From Octopus sinensis (lineage: Eukaryota): a DNA stretch of 64,000 nt. Positions 1 to 12,275 of the stretch are shown piece after piece. The notes beneath the pieces were generated by a model. The model saw nothing but the letters and a program-made list of their open reading frames with translations. It did not search any database and was not told the origin of the DNA. The DNA lies in NCBI RefSeq assembly GCF_006345805.1, contig NC_042999.1, positions 137,578,001 to 137,642,000 of the forward strand, written 5' to 3'. Positions within the stretch are counted from its first letter, which is position 1. Every line of letters begins with the position of its first letter. The position numbers and the translations under genes are program-made.

Positions 1-600
1 ATGGATGATGACCTTCTTTAACCTGGGGTGCTGGTGTTTCTCCTTTCCCTACCCACTATCTTCAGCACTTGACATTTTTAAAGAGAACCCATTTCTTGTC
101 ACCAGTCACTATTTGGTCAAAAAAAAAGGTTCATTCAGGAGACATGACAGCAAAGAAGAGCACACATTCACTCTCTGCATGTGATTAGACTCCAAAAGTT
201 TGTGAAGAACCCATTGACTCAATTTACCAACTTTTCTGATGGCACACAGGTATTGATGAATGGTTGAATGACCAAATCCATGCTACTCTGATAGTTATGA
301 TGGGATTTTGTTCCATCAGGGTGTGTAGGACATCCTTGTCAAGCTCTACAAATCTTTCAGGGCGAGGCTTGTCTTCTAAGCTGTAGTTTCTGGCTCAGAA
401 TTTCTGGAACCATTGTTGACACTGGCTTACACTTATTGTCTGATTCCCATATACTGCATTAATATTCCCTGCACTTTCCATTGTGTTGTTGCCTTTATTG
501 AATTCATAAAGCAAAATATACCAAATATGCTCCTTTGTCACTTCCATTACAGTTTTGAAAAAAAAAACTGTTAAAATTGAACTGCATTCTTCAAAACTTG
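1..600 (-). mobile_element. Mariner transposase relic (N-terminal HTH region), running off the window edge
   Basis: Minus strand reads WYILLYEFNKGNNTMESAGNINAVYGNQTISVSQCQQWFQKF*ARNYSLEDKPRP, which matches the mariner N-terminus. It contains stops and frameshifts. Confidence 0.8.
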
Positions 601-1160
601 CACTAGGAATAAAGACAAGGTAAAATTACAACCTGCTTTTATAGCAAGTTGATGCAGGTAGTTTAAACTGAAAGAAGCCTGTCGTAGATATGTATATATG
701 TATGTGTATGTATATTGTCGGTAGACACAAATTGTCTGCTATAGATGCTGGAACTGCCAGATCACATGATTTTGAACTACCCAGTCTCTTCAGTGGCAGA
801 CATCCAGTAGTAACATGTATGTATGTCAGTGGCAGACATCCAGTATGTATGTATGTATGAGAGGGAGAGAGAGGGAGTAAATAGGTATGTAGATAGGTCA
901 TGTAGCCTTATCATTAAGAAGGTACACCTTTACAACTACAGTTTTCTGGGTTTGATCAAGCTATACAGCACTTGAACAAATATTTTCAATTTATTTCAAA
1001 CCTAAATTAGCATATTCTGATGAAAGATTTTAATTTAGATCCCTTTAAAACATGAAGTTTGCATTATAGATCCAGTGGTTGTTTGGTATTAAAAGAGTTA
1101 AATTGAAAATATTTATGTAACAATACAAGGAAAATCATATAATCTTCTGCATCATATTAA

Positions 1161-1543
1161 TACCTCTGCCTTAGCAAAGGCAGAGGTTATTGTTTCAGTC
1201 GTGTTTGTTTATTTGTTTGTTTGTCCGTGGACAAGACATCTCAAGAACCACTGAATGGATTCGGATGAAACTTTCACGGATGTTTGGCCTCATAATTCGC
1301 ATGAACTGATTAGATTTTTGGATCGATCTGGTACCGGACAAGGATTCTGGATTATTTTTCCTGCTTTTCTTTTTTACTTAATTTTTAAGAGTGATCGGGT
1401 TCATTTTTAGTATTTTTGTTTGTGAGAGCAGTCAAGCTTATTTCAGATATACTCATTTTAAAAATCATCTCTGGCTAATCATTGAGAGGACATTGATGTT
1501 GCCTTAGTAGAGGTTTGCACTCTCTGAGTTGCCAACACCTAGT
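1161..1543 (+). mobile_element. Non-autonomous Helentron/HINE-like element
   Basis: 5' hairpin acctctgcc-(8 nt)-ggcagaggt (1162-1187), then a (TTTG)n tract, then a 3' subterminal inverted copy (ttgccttagtagaggt, about 1499-1514) followed by gcactctctgagt...ctagt. This layout resembles HINE/DINE-type elements; the family call is from recall. Confidence 0.55.
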
Positions 1544-1878
1544 CCAAACAGCTGCAAGTCAATGAATGTAGGAAAAACATGGGTGAGAAGAGAACCAGAG
1601 GTCTGATCTAAATACTTGCACCCAATGTATCTATTTTTAATCCCTATATATCCAGAACTCTAAATAGCATGCCAACACACATCTAAACTTAAATGTTCTT
1701 CTTGATCTTTTCTTCTTAGAGCTTTTCCATTAAATATATGACATGTTGCAGTCACACATTTTTCACTTATGAATCTTCAATATCCTATCTTTTACCCAGC
1801 TTTTTCTTACATGTAGAGATGATTGATGAAGTGGGTTTGTGAAAGGGGAAGTGGGTTGGGAAGAAGAGAGGGACACAG

Positions 1879-1927
1879 AGAGAGAGAGAGAGAGAGAGCG
1901 TGTGAGTGAGAGAGAGAGAGAGAGAGA
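1879..1927. repeat. (GA)n microsatellite
   Basis: Direct reading. Confidence 0.95.
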
Positions 1928-2416
1928 AAGGAAAATATAAAAGACAAAGGTAGAAAGAGTTGGAGGTTAGGAGAGTTAAATCAATTAAGGCTGTTAAAAG
2001 AAAAGAGTTTGGTGGGGGTGGCTGTCAAAATGTTATTCAGTTCTTCCATTCTTCATCTTTGTGGGGGATGTTAAAAAAATCTGCATTGTTAGAAAAATGT
2101 CTTTGTGAAAACAAAATAGAAAGAGAGAAGGAAGAGAAAAAAACCCCAGAAAAACAATGAATGAGTGAATGAGAGGAGAGAGAAACAGACAGAGAGTAAG
2201 AGACAGTTATAACTTTAATTATTGAATACGATATTTGATAGTCTGTTCAAATGGTGGTTTGTTCTGATGTTCTTTTACACAAACTTTAATGAGTAGAATG
2301 TTACTTAATGAATCTATCTGGAGTGACAGTGTAGTTTAATATAAACAATACCCTGAGGTATTCAGTTCTCTCATACTAAAACCTTATGCTTTGCCCATCT
2401 GTTTTTTACTAATACA

Positions 2417-2422
<6 letters not shown>

Positions 2423-2463
<41 letters not shown>
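2423..2463. repeat. (CA)n microsatellite
   Basis: Direct reading. Confidence 0.95.
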
Positions 2464-2464
<1 letters not shown>

Positions 2465-2699
2465 GTAAATACACAAAGGAACATATCTTGTGTCAGCAAC
2501 TGAAATATTTTCCTTTTCAAATGTGTAAGGAGAAATATAATCAAATATAATAAACATGTGGTAAGGTACAAAATTTTGAGTCAAGAAAAATAAGTTCAGT
2601 TAGACAATAATTTCATTTATGCATGTAATTTCTTTAGTTATTTTAAGTTTTTTTTTTACTAGTTGGGTCTGGAAGAAGGGACATTCCATGGTCTTCACA

Positions 2700-3200
2700 A
2701 ATCCTCCTAGAATAGTGAGATTGATGTAATTAATGTTTCTCTTGAACCTTTGCAAGTTAATACCTGCAGGAAAGACATAAGCAGGGAATTAATTCCAGAA
2801 GGTTGATATACTAGGAAGGATGGACTGGGCATAATGATAAGTAAAAGATCTAGGGACTGGAGGAGTAGACACAATAAGGAGAATGAGGAGAGAAATGAGT
2901 GAATGGGGTAGTTATGAGCCTGGCCAGCTCCATTGGGATAAGGAAGGTAGTGAGAAGAGACAGTATATCTGAGGGTCAGAGGTTGGAACGTATATCTAAG
3001 AATGATTCTAGCCAATTAGTTATGTAACCCTTTTCTGGATGCAGTCCAGGATATGGTCCAGATCATATAGCTATAAAATAAATACCATTAAGAGGAACAG
3101 CTCATTGATTTCAGTAGTGAGTTGGGTATTGTGTAATCGAAGAGAGTTTCAGTATCTTGTAATATTGACTTCCAGTAGTTTATGAGCAAACTGTGATAGC
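2700..3200 (-). mobile_element. 3' fragment of a CR1/L2-group (Crack/Daphne-like) LINE ORF2
   Basis: Minus strand gives LDHILDCIQKRG and STFWN*FPAYVFPAGINLQRFKRNIN. These match the LDxIQKRA and LWNSLPxxVFPxxxNLxxFKxxVN C-terminal LINE motifs. Confidence 0.65.
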
Positions 3201-3339
3201 CAAATCTTCTAATAAGATTATAATATTTCATATTTAGAGTGCATATCTACAATATTTATATTTACAATATACTTTATTTGGTTAGATTATCAATTATCAT
3301 AAAGTATTTTATTCATAGATCAAATCCAGTCTGTATATA

Positions 3340-4621
3340 TTAGGTTGTCAAGAAAGTCCTTGTGGTTTTTAACCTTTAAATTCAGATGCACATATCTTGG
3401 CTCAAACAAAACTTTATTAATCGAAATAAATACACAGAATCAACACACTTTTGCCAACGTGAAACAAGTTTATTTATGCCAGTAGCGTAAAAATCCTGCG
3501 TTCTGGTAGTGATGAAGTCATTGAAGGTGTGTTTGGCATCGTCTTGGTTTTTGAAGCATTTCTCATGCAGGAAGTTGTCAAGATGCTTGAAAAAGTGATA
3601 GTTGGTAGGTGAGAGGTCTGGTGAGTATGGTGGATGAGGCAGAGTTTCGTAACCCAATTCGTTCAACTTCTGCAGGGTCAGTTGTGCGATGTGCGGCCGA
3701 GCATTGTCATGGAGAAGAATTGGTCCTTTCCTATTGACCAATGCTGGCTGTTGTCAGAGTTTCTTATGCATTTCATCCATTTGCTGATAGTACTTCTCCG
3801 CCATAATGGTTTCGCCTGGATCTAAAAAGCTGTGATGGATGAGACTGGCCGCAGACCACCAAACTGTCACCATGACTTTCTTTCGGTACAACTTTAGCTC
3901 TGGGAAGTGCCGTGGAACTTCGTCGGCATCCAACCACTGAGCTGAGCATCGCCAGTTGCTGTAAAGCATCCACTTTTCATTGCAAGTCACAATCCGGTCG
4001 AGAAACGGGTCATTATTGTTGCGTAGAAGAAGGGAACACAACACTTCAAAATGGCATTTTTTTTTATTTGTTGTTCAATTCGTGTGGCACCCATTTCTCA
4101 AGTATTTTTGTTTTTCCAATCTCTTTCTGGTGGTTGGAAATTGCCGTATACATTACATCTAATTCAGAAGCAAGATCTCGAACAGCTGTGCGTGGATTGG
4201 CTTCCACTAAGGCTCTTAGTTGATCGTTTTCAACATCCAATGGCCGACCACTACATTTATCATTTTCAAGACTCTCATCACTGCTATGAAGTTTCTTGAA
4301 CCACCATTGTGCTGTACGTTCATTAGTGGTTTCTGGGCCAAATGCATTGTTGGTATCACAAGCTGTTTCAGCAGCTTTTCAGCCTAGCTTGAACTGGAAT
4401 AAGAAAATTGTGCGAATTTGCTTTTTGTCATTGTTGTATTCAACATTCCGAAAAAAATGGCTTAATTATTCAAAAAGAAAAAGAGTAACATGATTAGATA
4501 GAGTGAAAAACAGGCTTTAAAATGGTATATAAAGTAAAAGTAATTTAACGAAAATTAATTTGAAAATATATCATTTAAAACCAAAATTAAAAATTTCGCA
4601 AGAACTTTCTTGACAAACTAA
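3340..4621 (-). mobile_element. Full-length (1282 bp) decayed mariner (DD34D) element
   Basis: TIRs ttaggttgtcaagaaagtccttgtg (3340) and cgcaagaactttcttgacaaactaa (to 4621), with TA at the left end. Motifs WVPHEL, VTCNEKW, HDNARPH and YSPDLSPTNYHFF are spread over frameshifted ORFs (3382-3741, 3754-4044). Confidence 0.95.
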
Positions 4622-5744
4622 TGCATATTCAGGAATAATGATAATCAGACCTTGCACTTACAAGAACATAATAAAGATATAAATATTGTAAATATACACT
4701 CTAAAGATGTGGTTAATCGTCTAGAAAATGATAATCTTATGAACAACTTACCTCAGACTGACATCCTATATAATAGGGACAAGTGCTGTCTTAAACATCC
4801 CAGCAGAAAGATAAGTTTAGTAATACTATGACAGCTTCCTGATAACAGTAGTATATAAAAGTAAGAAAAAGGAAATAATTAACTAAGTGGTACTGTTTCA
4901 CTTATAGACAAAACTTTGAAAAACAAATGAGCCTATAATGGAAGGAAGGTTTTTATGATACTTTTGGGGTATCTTCTTCTATTATAATTGTTCTGATGAT
5001 TCTAGGGGCTGGAAATACAAAGAATGAAGTTCTCAGGCAGAGTAAATTCAATAACCATTTATTCACAGGTGCTTCGTTTGCTTTCAAGGGGTTTGCTTTC
5101 AGTAACTATCTTCACAGCAATGCGTAGTTAGCCTTCTCTCCCATATACATGAGGTTCAATAACCTCTAGAGACAATGCATATAGTATCACAATGGGATAA
5201 AAGCCCACTGTGAGCTCCTGGCTTCAAAGTGTCTTCTCGGCATCAACGTGTGAGAAGAATGAGAGGGAAAATGTTGTCTTTTCCTTAAATAATGGTTGCA
5301 GGCAAGATCTCGTTTTTGTCTCGTGTATGGCAATGGTTGCAGGTAAGATCTCACTGTTTCAAAATGGCACTGGCTTCTTTGTGTCTCGCTACAAGCCAAA
5401 GTAGGAACCTTGATTTAGTTGTTTGGCCAGCAAGAAACAACAGGCAAATTTCCTTTAAATTTCACTCTACTGACTTAAAAAAAAAAAGAAATGACATATT
5501 GCATAAATGCAGTCTTAGACATAATTTGGTTGCAAAAATGACAGGATGGTCACAGATTGAACATCTTTGGTTATAGATCTGTTTGATCAGAACCTAGGAT
5601 TAAATAGTAACTGCAACAAGAAAAACTACTACAACTACTACTTACCTTTGGTATGTGTTTTTGTGCAGATTTTACAAATGCAATATCAAAATGCATAAAA
5701 GGAAGAGACCAGAGGGAATAAAAACTTTACTGATAGTTTCTACA

Positions 5745-5940
5745 ACTGGATGCCTTTCCTAATGCCAATCACTTTACAGAATGTACTGGGTACATCTTTC
5801 ATAGCACCACCACTAGTGAGGTCACCAAGTAACTTGCAAGACAAGACTTCTTGATAGAGTGGGAGTGTAGTAGTGAGGGAGGTGGCTAAAGTATGACAAA
5901 GGGATAGGCACTGGTGTCTTGTAGAAGAAATACAGAGCTA
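5745..5940 (-). mobile_element. RTE-tail-type short repeat fragment
   Basis: ctggatgcctttcctaatgccaatcactttacaga is the reverse complement of the tail motif also seen at 11190-11320, 31630-31780, 51000-51200 and 62170-62350. Confidence 0.6.
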
Positions 5941-7620
5941 CTCTAGCAGGAAAAGGACAAAGAATGCTGGAGATGAAGTGTCAGGGCCAACCCTCGAGGT
6001 ACAAGAAAATATATATGGAGAAAATAGGGACCAAAAATCCAGATTAGCTTGGTGGGTAAGTTCATGAGAGTGTGAAAGGAGAGTAACAGATGGCAGAGAG
6101 GAGAGTGATAGTGAATGCAGTGAATAGTGAACATGGAGTCCTAGAAAATGGTAAATCTCAGTTTGGGGGAATATGAGAAAAAGAGGAGTGGGTCAGGGAG
6201 GAAGAAGTGAGAGATGGTAATACATAAAAATGGGTTGTGTGAAAACAACAGTATAATAAAACTCTAAATAGATGAGAAATAGGGAGATGATATGAAGTGT
6301 TGGGGAGAGAGAAAATGCATACTGATAGAGACAAAGGTCAGATGCATGTAGAGGTGGATATAGTGACTAAAAGTGGGAGTACATTGATGGCATATATAAG
6401 AGGGTGTTTAGAGAAAAGGGTCAATAAAGTGGTAAAGGATGCTGGGATTTTACACTGCAACCTAGCACCGCCTGTCTAGTCTGGACTGAATACTTAACAA
6501 CCACTGTAAACAGTGCCAGTTGCTACAGTGTATTATATAATGCAAATGAGGTATGAACCAGGTATTTATAGTACTTGGTTTGTGTCTGATAAGCAATGGG
6601 TTCAAATCATGTCCCAGATACCGCTATGAATTTTGAATAAGTTTTGCTGTAGCTTTCTATCAGCTTAAATAACTAACCACTAAAATATATTGTTCAAACA
6701 ATGTTTACAGAAGCTGTAGTTCATAAAGATTGAGTAACTGTGTGCCATATATATCTTCAAATTTATATTACTGAAAGTGTTCTGATAATTGTGAAATAGT
6801 GTATACCTACTTTTCTACTAATGTTTTGGAGAGAATATTCAGGAATAGCATACTGTTACTTTGTGTATAGGCAACAGGACTCAAGAACTATAATCTACTT
6901 GCTACTTTTGATGGTGGTACCAACAATGGTATCAGGTAAATAGATGCCATTGATGGGTTAAAGATGAAATAAAACAGCCAATGTTAAATGTTTTGGCCAA
7001 GGATAGTACAGCACCAGTGACAGGGTATGAACCATCAAACTTTCAGTCAACAGTCTATCAGTTTGTCAAGTCATAAAATTTGTGAACATATGAAACACCT
7101 TAAAGGATTCATTGAAATTTATTTTTATTGGAGTTTTGAATGTGGATTGATATATTTTTAATAGCTACATTTTTATTTAGGTATGCAGTAAATATACAAT
7201 GCGAAACTCCCAATGTATTTCATTTTATTAAATACATAAAAAGAGGCACATCGTAATAAAGTTGGCAGCAACGAAAGGATAAATCCAGACTTTTGCAAAC
7301 GCTTTTATCATTCCAGACATTTTACTTTAGCACAATGTTATCACATTGTCAATGAAATTCTGACAGAATATAAGAAGACAATTTGTTTTTCTATTTTTAG
7401 AAGACAGCTGGTAACCTAGAGTAAAAGACAATAAATTTGATACCTGAAACCACAAGCTGTATTTACCAATTATTTATCTTAAGTGCCAAAAACATATTAT
7501 ATTATACATATCTATCTAGGCTGGGTTAGAACAAAAGATTTTCTTGGATTTACAATCATAACAGGGCAATTTCTTATAATCAGCATTCATTGCAAGTATC
7601 ATTGTTAGCATTCTTCCTCA

Positions 7621-7639
7621 TCTCTCTCTCTCTCTCTCT

Positions 7640-7734
<95 letters not shown>

Positions 7735-7743
7735 CACACACAC
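7621..7743. repeat. Compound (CT)n(AT)n(GT)n microsatellite
   Basis: Direct reading. It explains the spurious CV-repeat ORFs at 7590 and 7661. Confidence 0.95.
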
Positions 7744-8749
7744 ACATTCATTTCAAGAAGAAAAGAAAACAGATATTTCCTTAGAACATGATAGTAAAAA
7801 GGTAGACTCTAAACACTCCCATCTACTTTACTATATTTATAATAAACTATAAGTGCAAATGTCAGCTGCATCATTATTTTCATACTCACACATTAAAATA
7901 TCAATATCGACATGAGTAACATTTCCAGTTTATGTCTTGAATATTACACTGAATATGTACAGGACAAAATTTGATCCTGTAATTCCTATCAGCAAATGAA
8001 GAGTGATTTCATACATGGACACAAAACCTCTGATATACAAAGTAGACATAAGATTGTGAGTCATTAAAATGACTCTTGTAGATGCTAACAATGAATGAGA
8101 AATCAAACAACAAGCAACCATGGAATCAAAATCAAGTCATGTACTCAGCTTGCTTAGATCTTTAACATATTTTATTAATATTTAAAAGGAATAATGAATA
8201 AGGCAGATGTATTCTGGAGATATGATAATGCTAGTTTATCTGTAGTTGTTACTGTTGCTTAGTCCCTGACTGTACAAACCTATGGTAAAATATACTCTAG
8301 TCATAATCATCTCTCACAGTTGTATATCTAGAACTATTAATACATTGGTCACCATGTCCTAATTCTTTTTAAAAGTAGAGTGAGACCTAAGAGCATTTAG
8401 TAGCTACTTCTAAAAGACCAAGTGGTCACAAACAGTCAATACATGTTTGATGAAAATAAATGTATTATGACTTAACTGAAGAAGTTCTACTTAGTGAAGA
8501 AAAACTAAGTATATGTAGCTAATTCATTGGATTAGATTAGATACAGGGAATGTTTAGAAGAGCAATTGATAAAGTGTCGAAATTATTATTCAACTTGCTC
8601 AATAAAGCAAACAAATAACCATCAACAAATTGCCCACTTCTTTACAAGAAAATATGAGTCTGCTCAGACAAAGCTAACATGAAGTGCTTAATCATCGTTA
8701 TCTTTACTGCATTTTGTTGCTGAGATGACACAGTATCACAACACATGAA

Positions 8750-9005
8750 AAAAAAAATGCGCCCTTTTAAAGCCTAGCAAAGCTCATGGACCCAGTTTCC
8801 TAGTTTCTTTGGCGTATGTGTTCCCCAGCTGGATGGGATGCCAGTCCATTGCAGCGTTACTCATTTTTGCCAGCTGAGTGGACTGGAGCAACATGAAACG
8901 AAGTGTTTTGCTCAAGAACACAACGCGTCACCCAGTCCAGGAATCAAAACCACAATCTTACAATCATGGTGCTGACACCCTAACCACTAAGCCACACACC
9001 TCCAC
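8750..9005 (-). mobile_element. tRNA-derived SINE with a V/Meta-like central domain and a 14-bp TSD
   Basis: Minus strand has an A box (tggcttagtgg), a B-box-like ggttttgattcc, and ttgagcaaaacact...atggactggcatcccatccag. TSD tcacaacacatgaa at 8736-8749 and 9006-9019. Confidence 0.85.
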
Positions 9006-10019
9006 TCACAACACATGAAGATACATTATATTGCAGACCTGCCTCATGCCTGCAAACATGAAATAACAGACATCTAAATAGCACCAAGTTTGATCAACAT
9101 TAACATGGGAAGTATTTTCATTCGTATTGCTTGTATATTACATACAACAAATGTTTTTAAAACTTATGATGACATTTCATGAACAAGATGATTGGATGAT
9201 ATCCAAAGTCTATCAGTTAGTCATGCTTGGGAATCTAATAAGAAAATAAGATGGTTGCTTCTGTTAGGACCTTATAGAGGAGATGCCTGAATATTCTGCC
9301 CCAACAAACCTTCCCAGAAAAGTAGTTGGCAAAAATGGATGGATGGAGGGATTCCTTGCTAAAAAAAAAAAAAATAAACTAACAGATTAAATAAATAAAA
9401 TTCCTTAAAAGGTTTATTATTGTTGTTACTTTTAGACCCAGATCAGCGATGATCTGCTAGAATTAGGTTCAAAGGTGTTCATTCAAAACCATCTACTCTT
9501 TTATTTAGACACAGTTTATCTATGAATATATTATCCAACATCCTACCATTCTTTCAGATAACACCATATGATTTACAGATGTGACTGTTATCTCTTGCAG
9601 GTCAACTGGCCACATATATGCTATCATACTGATTCATAAAAAAAAATGCTTTATATTGTGTTTTTCAGAAAGTTATAGTGATGCATCATTCTTGAACAAG
9701 AGACCACTAATACTGACCAGCTATCAGATTATTATAGAGCTTCACAATTTAACCTATTAAATCAATTACTTCTCCAAATCAATCCTATTCTCTATATTAA
9801 TAACCACTCATAAACATTACTCAGCTTGACTAAGGAAATGAGAAGAATATACTTTTTTTAACTGATCACTATAGCAGGAATTCGCTTTCAATCTTCTTAT
9901 ATCATCCAGGCTACTATAATACATGATCATCATCATTATAAGTTGTAAAGTTGATTAGCTAGTATTAGATTCCTTGTTGAAATCACTTGATTTCATTGCT
10001 AATCACTAATATCATGAGT

Positions 10020-11320
10020 AAAAGCATCAATACCATGAACAGGTCCATTAACAGGGAAAATAGCTTTTGTGTGTGGTAGATGCACAGGTACAATAAAACC
10101 AAAATGTACAGAAAATAGACTCCATCAACTGCCATGAGGATAAGCTAGAGGTAGTAGATATCTCCCGTTACCTAGGTGATCAAGTTAGTAGCAAAGGTGG
10201 ATGCTCTGAGAGCATAACTGTAGAATAGGATTAAGCTGGGCAAAGTTTAGAGAGCTCCTGCCTCTGCAGGCAACAAAAGGCCTCTCTCTCAGAGTGAAAG
10301 GCAGATTGTATGATGCCTGTGTGCAACAGCTATGTTACATGACTGTGAAACATGAACTGTGACAGCCAAGGACATGCATAGGCTTGAAAGAAATTAAGCC
10401 AGTATGTTTCGCTAGATGTTCAATGTCAGTGTGCATGTTCACCAGAGTGTAAGCATCTTGAGAGAAAAGTTAGGCATAAGAGGCATCAGATGTGGTGTGC
10501 AAGAGAGACAACTGTGCTATTATGGTCATATGATGCGTATGAACAAGGATAGCTGTGTAAAGAAGTGTCGCTCTCTGACTGTGGAGGGAAACTATGGTAG
10601 AAGTAGACCCAGGAAGATGTGGGATGAAGTGATGAAGCATGATCTCTGAACTTTGGGCCTCACAGAAGTAATGACAAGTGACCAAGACCTTTGGCAATAT
10701 GTTGTGCTTGAGAAGACTCACCATGCCAAGTGAAATTGCAGTCATGGCTGATGCTGGTGTCATATAACCAGCACTCATGCAGGTGATAAATTAAAAGCAC
10801 CTTTTGAGCATTGAGCCCCATGAATGCAAAATGGTCGAGCTCCTTTTGAATGTTGGGTCTCACAGAGGCAATGACCAAAACCTTTGGCATTATGTTATGC
10901 TTGAGAAGAAGACCCATCGAGCCAAGTAAAATTGCAGATACCATTGTCACACAAATGGCACCTGTGTCGGTGGCATGTAAAAGCACCTTTCGAGCATTGG
11001 GCCTGACAGAGGCAAGGATCAAGACCATTTGGCATTATGCTGGGCTTTGAGCGTTGGGCCTCACGGAGGCAATGACCGAGTCCATTCAGCATTATACCTT
11101 GCTTGAAAAGCAGACCCATCAAGCCAAGTAAAACCGCAGTCATGGCAGATACTAGTGTCATGCATATGGCACATAAGAGCACCCATTATACTCTTGGAGA
11201 GGTTGGTGTTAGGAAGGGCATCCAGCCATAGAAACCATGCCAAAACAGACTGGAGTCTGGTGCAGCCATCCAATTCAAGCCAGCTTGGACAACAGACGTT
11301 AAATGATGATGATGATATAT
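10020..11320 (+). mobile_element. 5'-truncated RTE-clade LINE (RT C-terminus, reiterated 3' modules, (GAT)n tail)
   Basis: LEVVD..YLGDQVSSKGGCSES, then LREKLGIRGIRCGVQERQLCYYGHMMRM...GRSRPRKMWDEVMKHDL (ORF 10416-10649). The tail ends gacgttaaatgatgatgatgat. Confidence 0.9.
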
Positions 11321-11391
11321 ATGATTAATAAGTTTCAAAATGGAGAGATTCAACAGATATAAATTAATTTATAAATTATTTGATTAATGAT

Positions 11392-11474
11392 ATATATATA
11401 TATACACACACACATATATATTTTTTTAAAGTTATGTTACTATATTTTGGGTATTATATCTTTTATAGACTAAA

Positions 11475-11514
<40 letters not shown>

Positions 11515-11921
11515 TAAAATATATTCATAAAATAAGGATAAAAATCATGTTAATGATAATTATCAGGTAGTCAGTATTGAAAAAAGCAATTTATAGCAAT
11601 TTATATATTAAATTGATAATTATATATATATAAACTCACTATGTTATGGGTATGTATAAGCACACGTTCATATATTTTTTACACATATTGCACTGAAGAT
11701 AGAAGAAAATATATTTAAGATTTTAATCTTGAAATTAGTTAATTAGCAATTAATGTGGAGTCTTTTTAAATATCTTCTCACTAACCCGCTTTCAATCGCA
11801 TATATTTATGGAGTTTTTCCGGTAGCTTCGTAATGCTTGCACATTAATTCAGTATGGAGGAGATAAGTCTTGTTTTGACTTTCTCCCTTAAAATAATTAT
11901 ACATATATATAACTATTAATT

Positions 11922-11976
<55 letters not shown>

Positions 11977-12030
11977 CACACACACACACACAAAGAGAGA
12001 TATATATTTTTCTTATATACATATATATAT
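11392..12030. repeat. Cluster of (TA)n and (CA)n microsatellites in very AT-rich DNA
   Basis: Direct reading. It explains the IY-repeat ORFs. Confidence 0.9.
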
Positions 12031-12149
12031 ATATTTCATGATAATATTTTCCCTTGGTCAGACATATTTTTACAGAATATTGGAAATGGATGACATTCAT
12101 TTATAACAATCAATTAATGTCAAGACTAGGACACACACACATACACAAA

Positions 12150-12275
12150 GGGGTTCTTACAGTTTCTCCCCACTAAATCTACTTACAAGGATTAATTCAG
12201 CTTTTGGCTGTAATAAAAGACATTTACCCAAGGAACCTGAAACTATGTGGTTGGGAAGCAAACTTCTTAACTACA
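12150..12275 (-). mobile_element. SINE head fragment (same family as 59387-59680)
   Basis: atgtggttgggaagcaaacttcttaac is the reverse complement of aagaagtttgtttcccaaccacat at about 59400. Confidence 0.6.

Noticed and set aside
4752-4838. 87-nt minus-strand segment with a good acceptor (atcag) and donor (gag|gtaagt)
   Set aside because: All three frames contain a stop, so it cannot be a normal internal coding exon. It could be a non-coding or poison exon, but nothing supports that.
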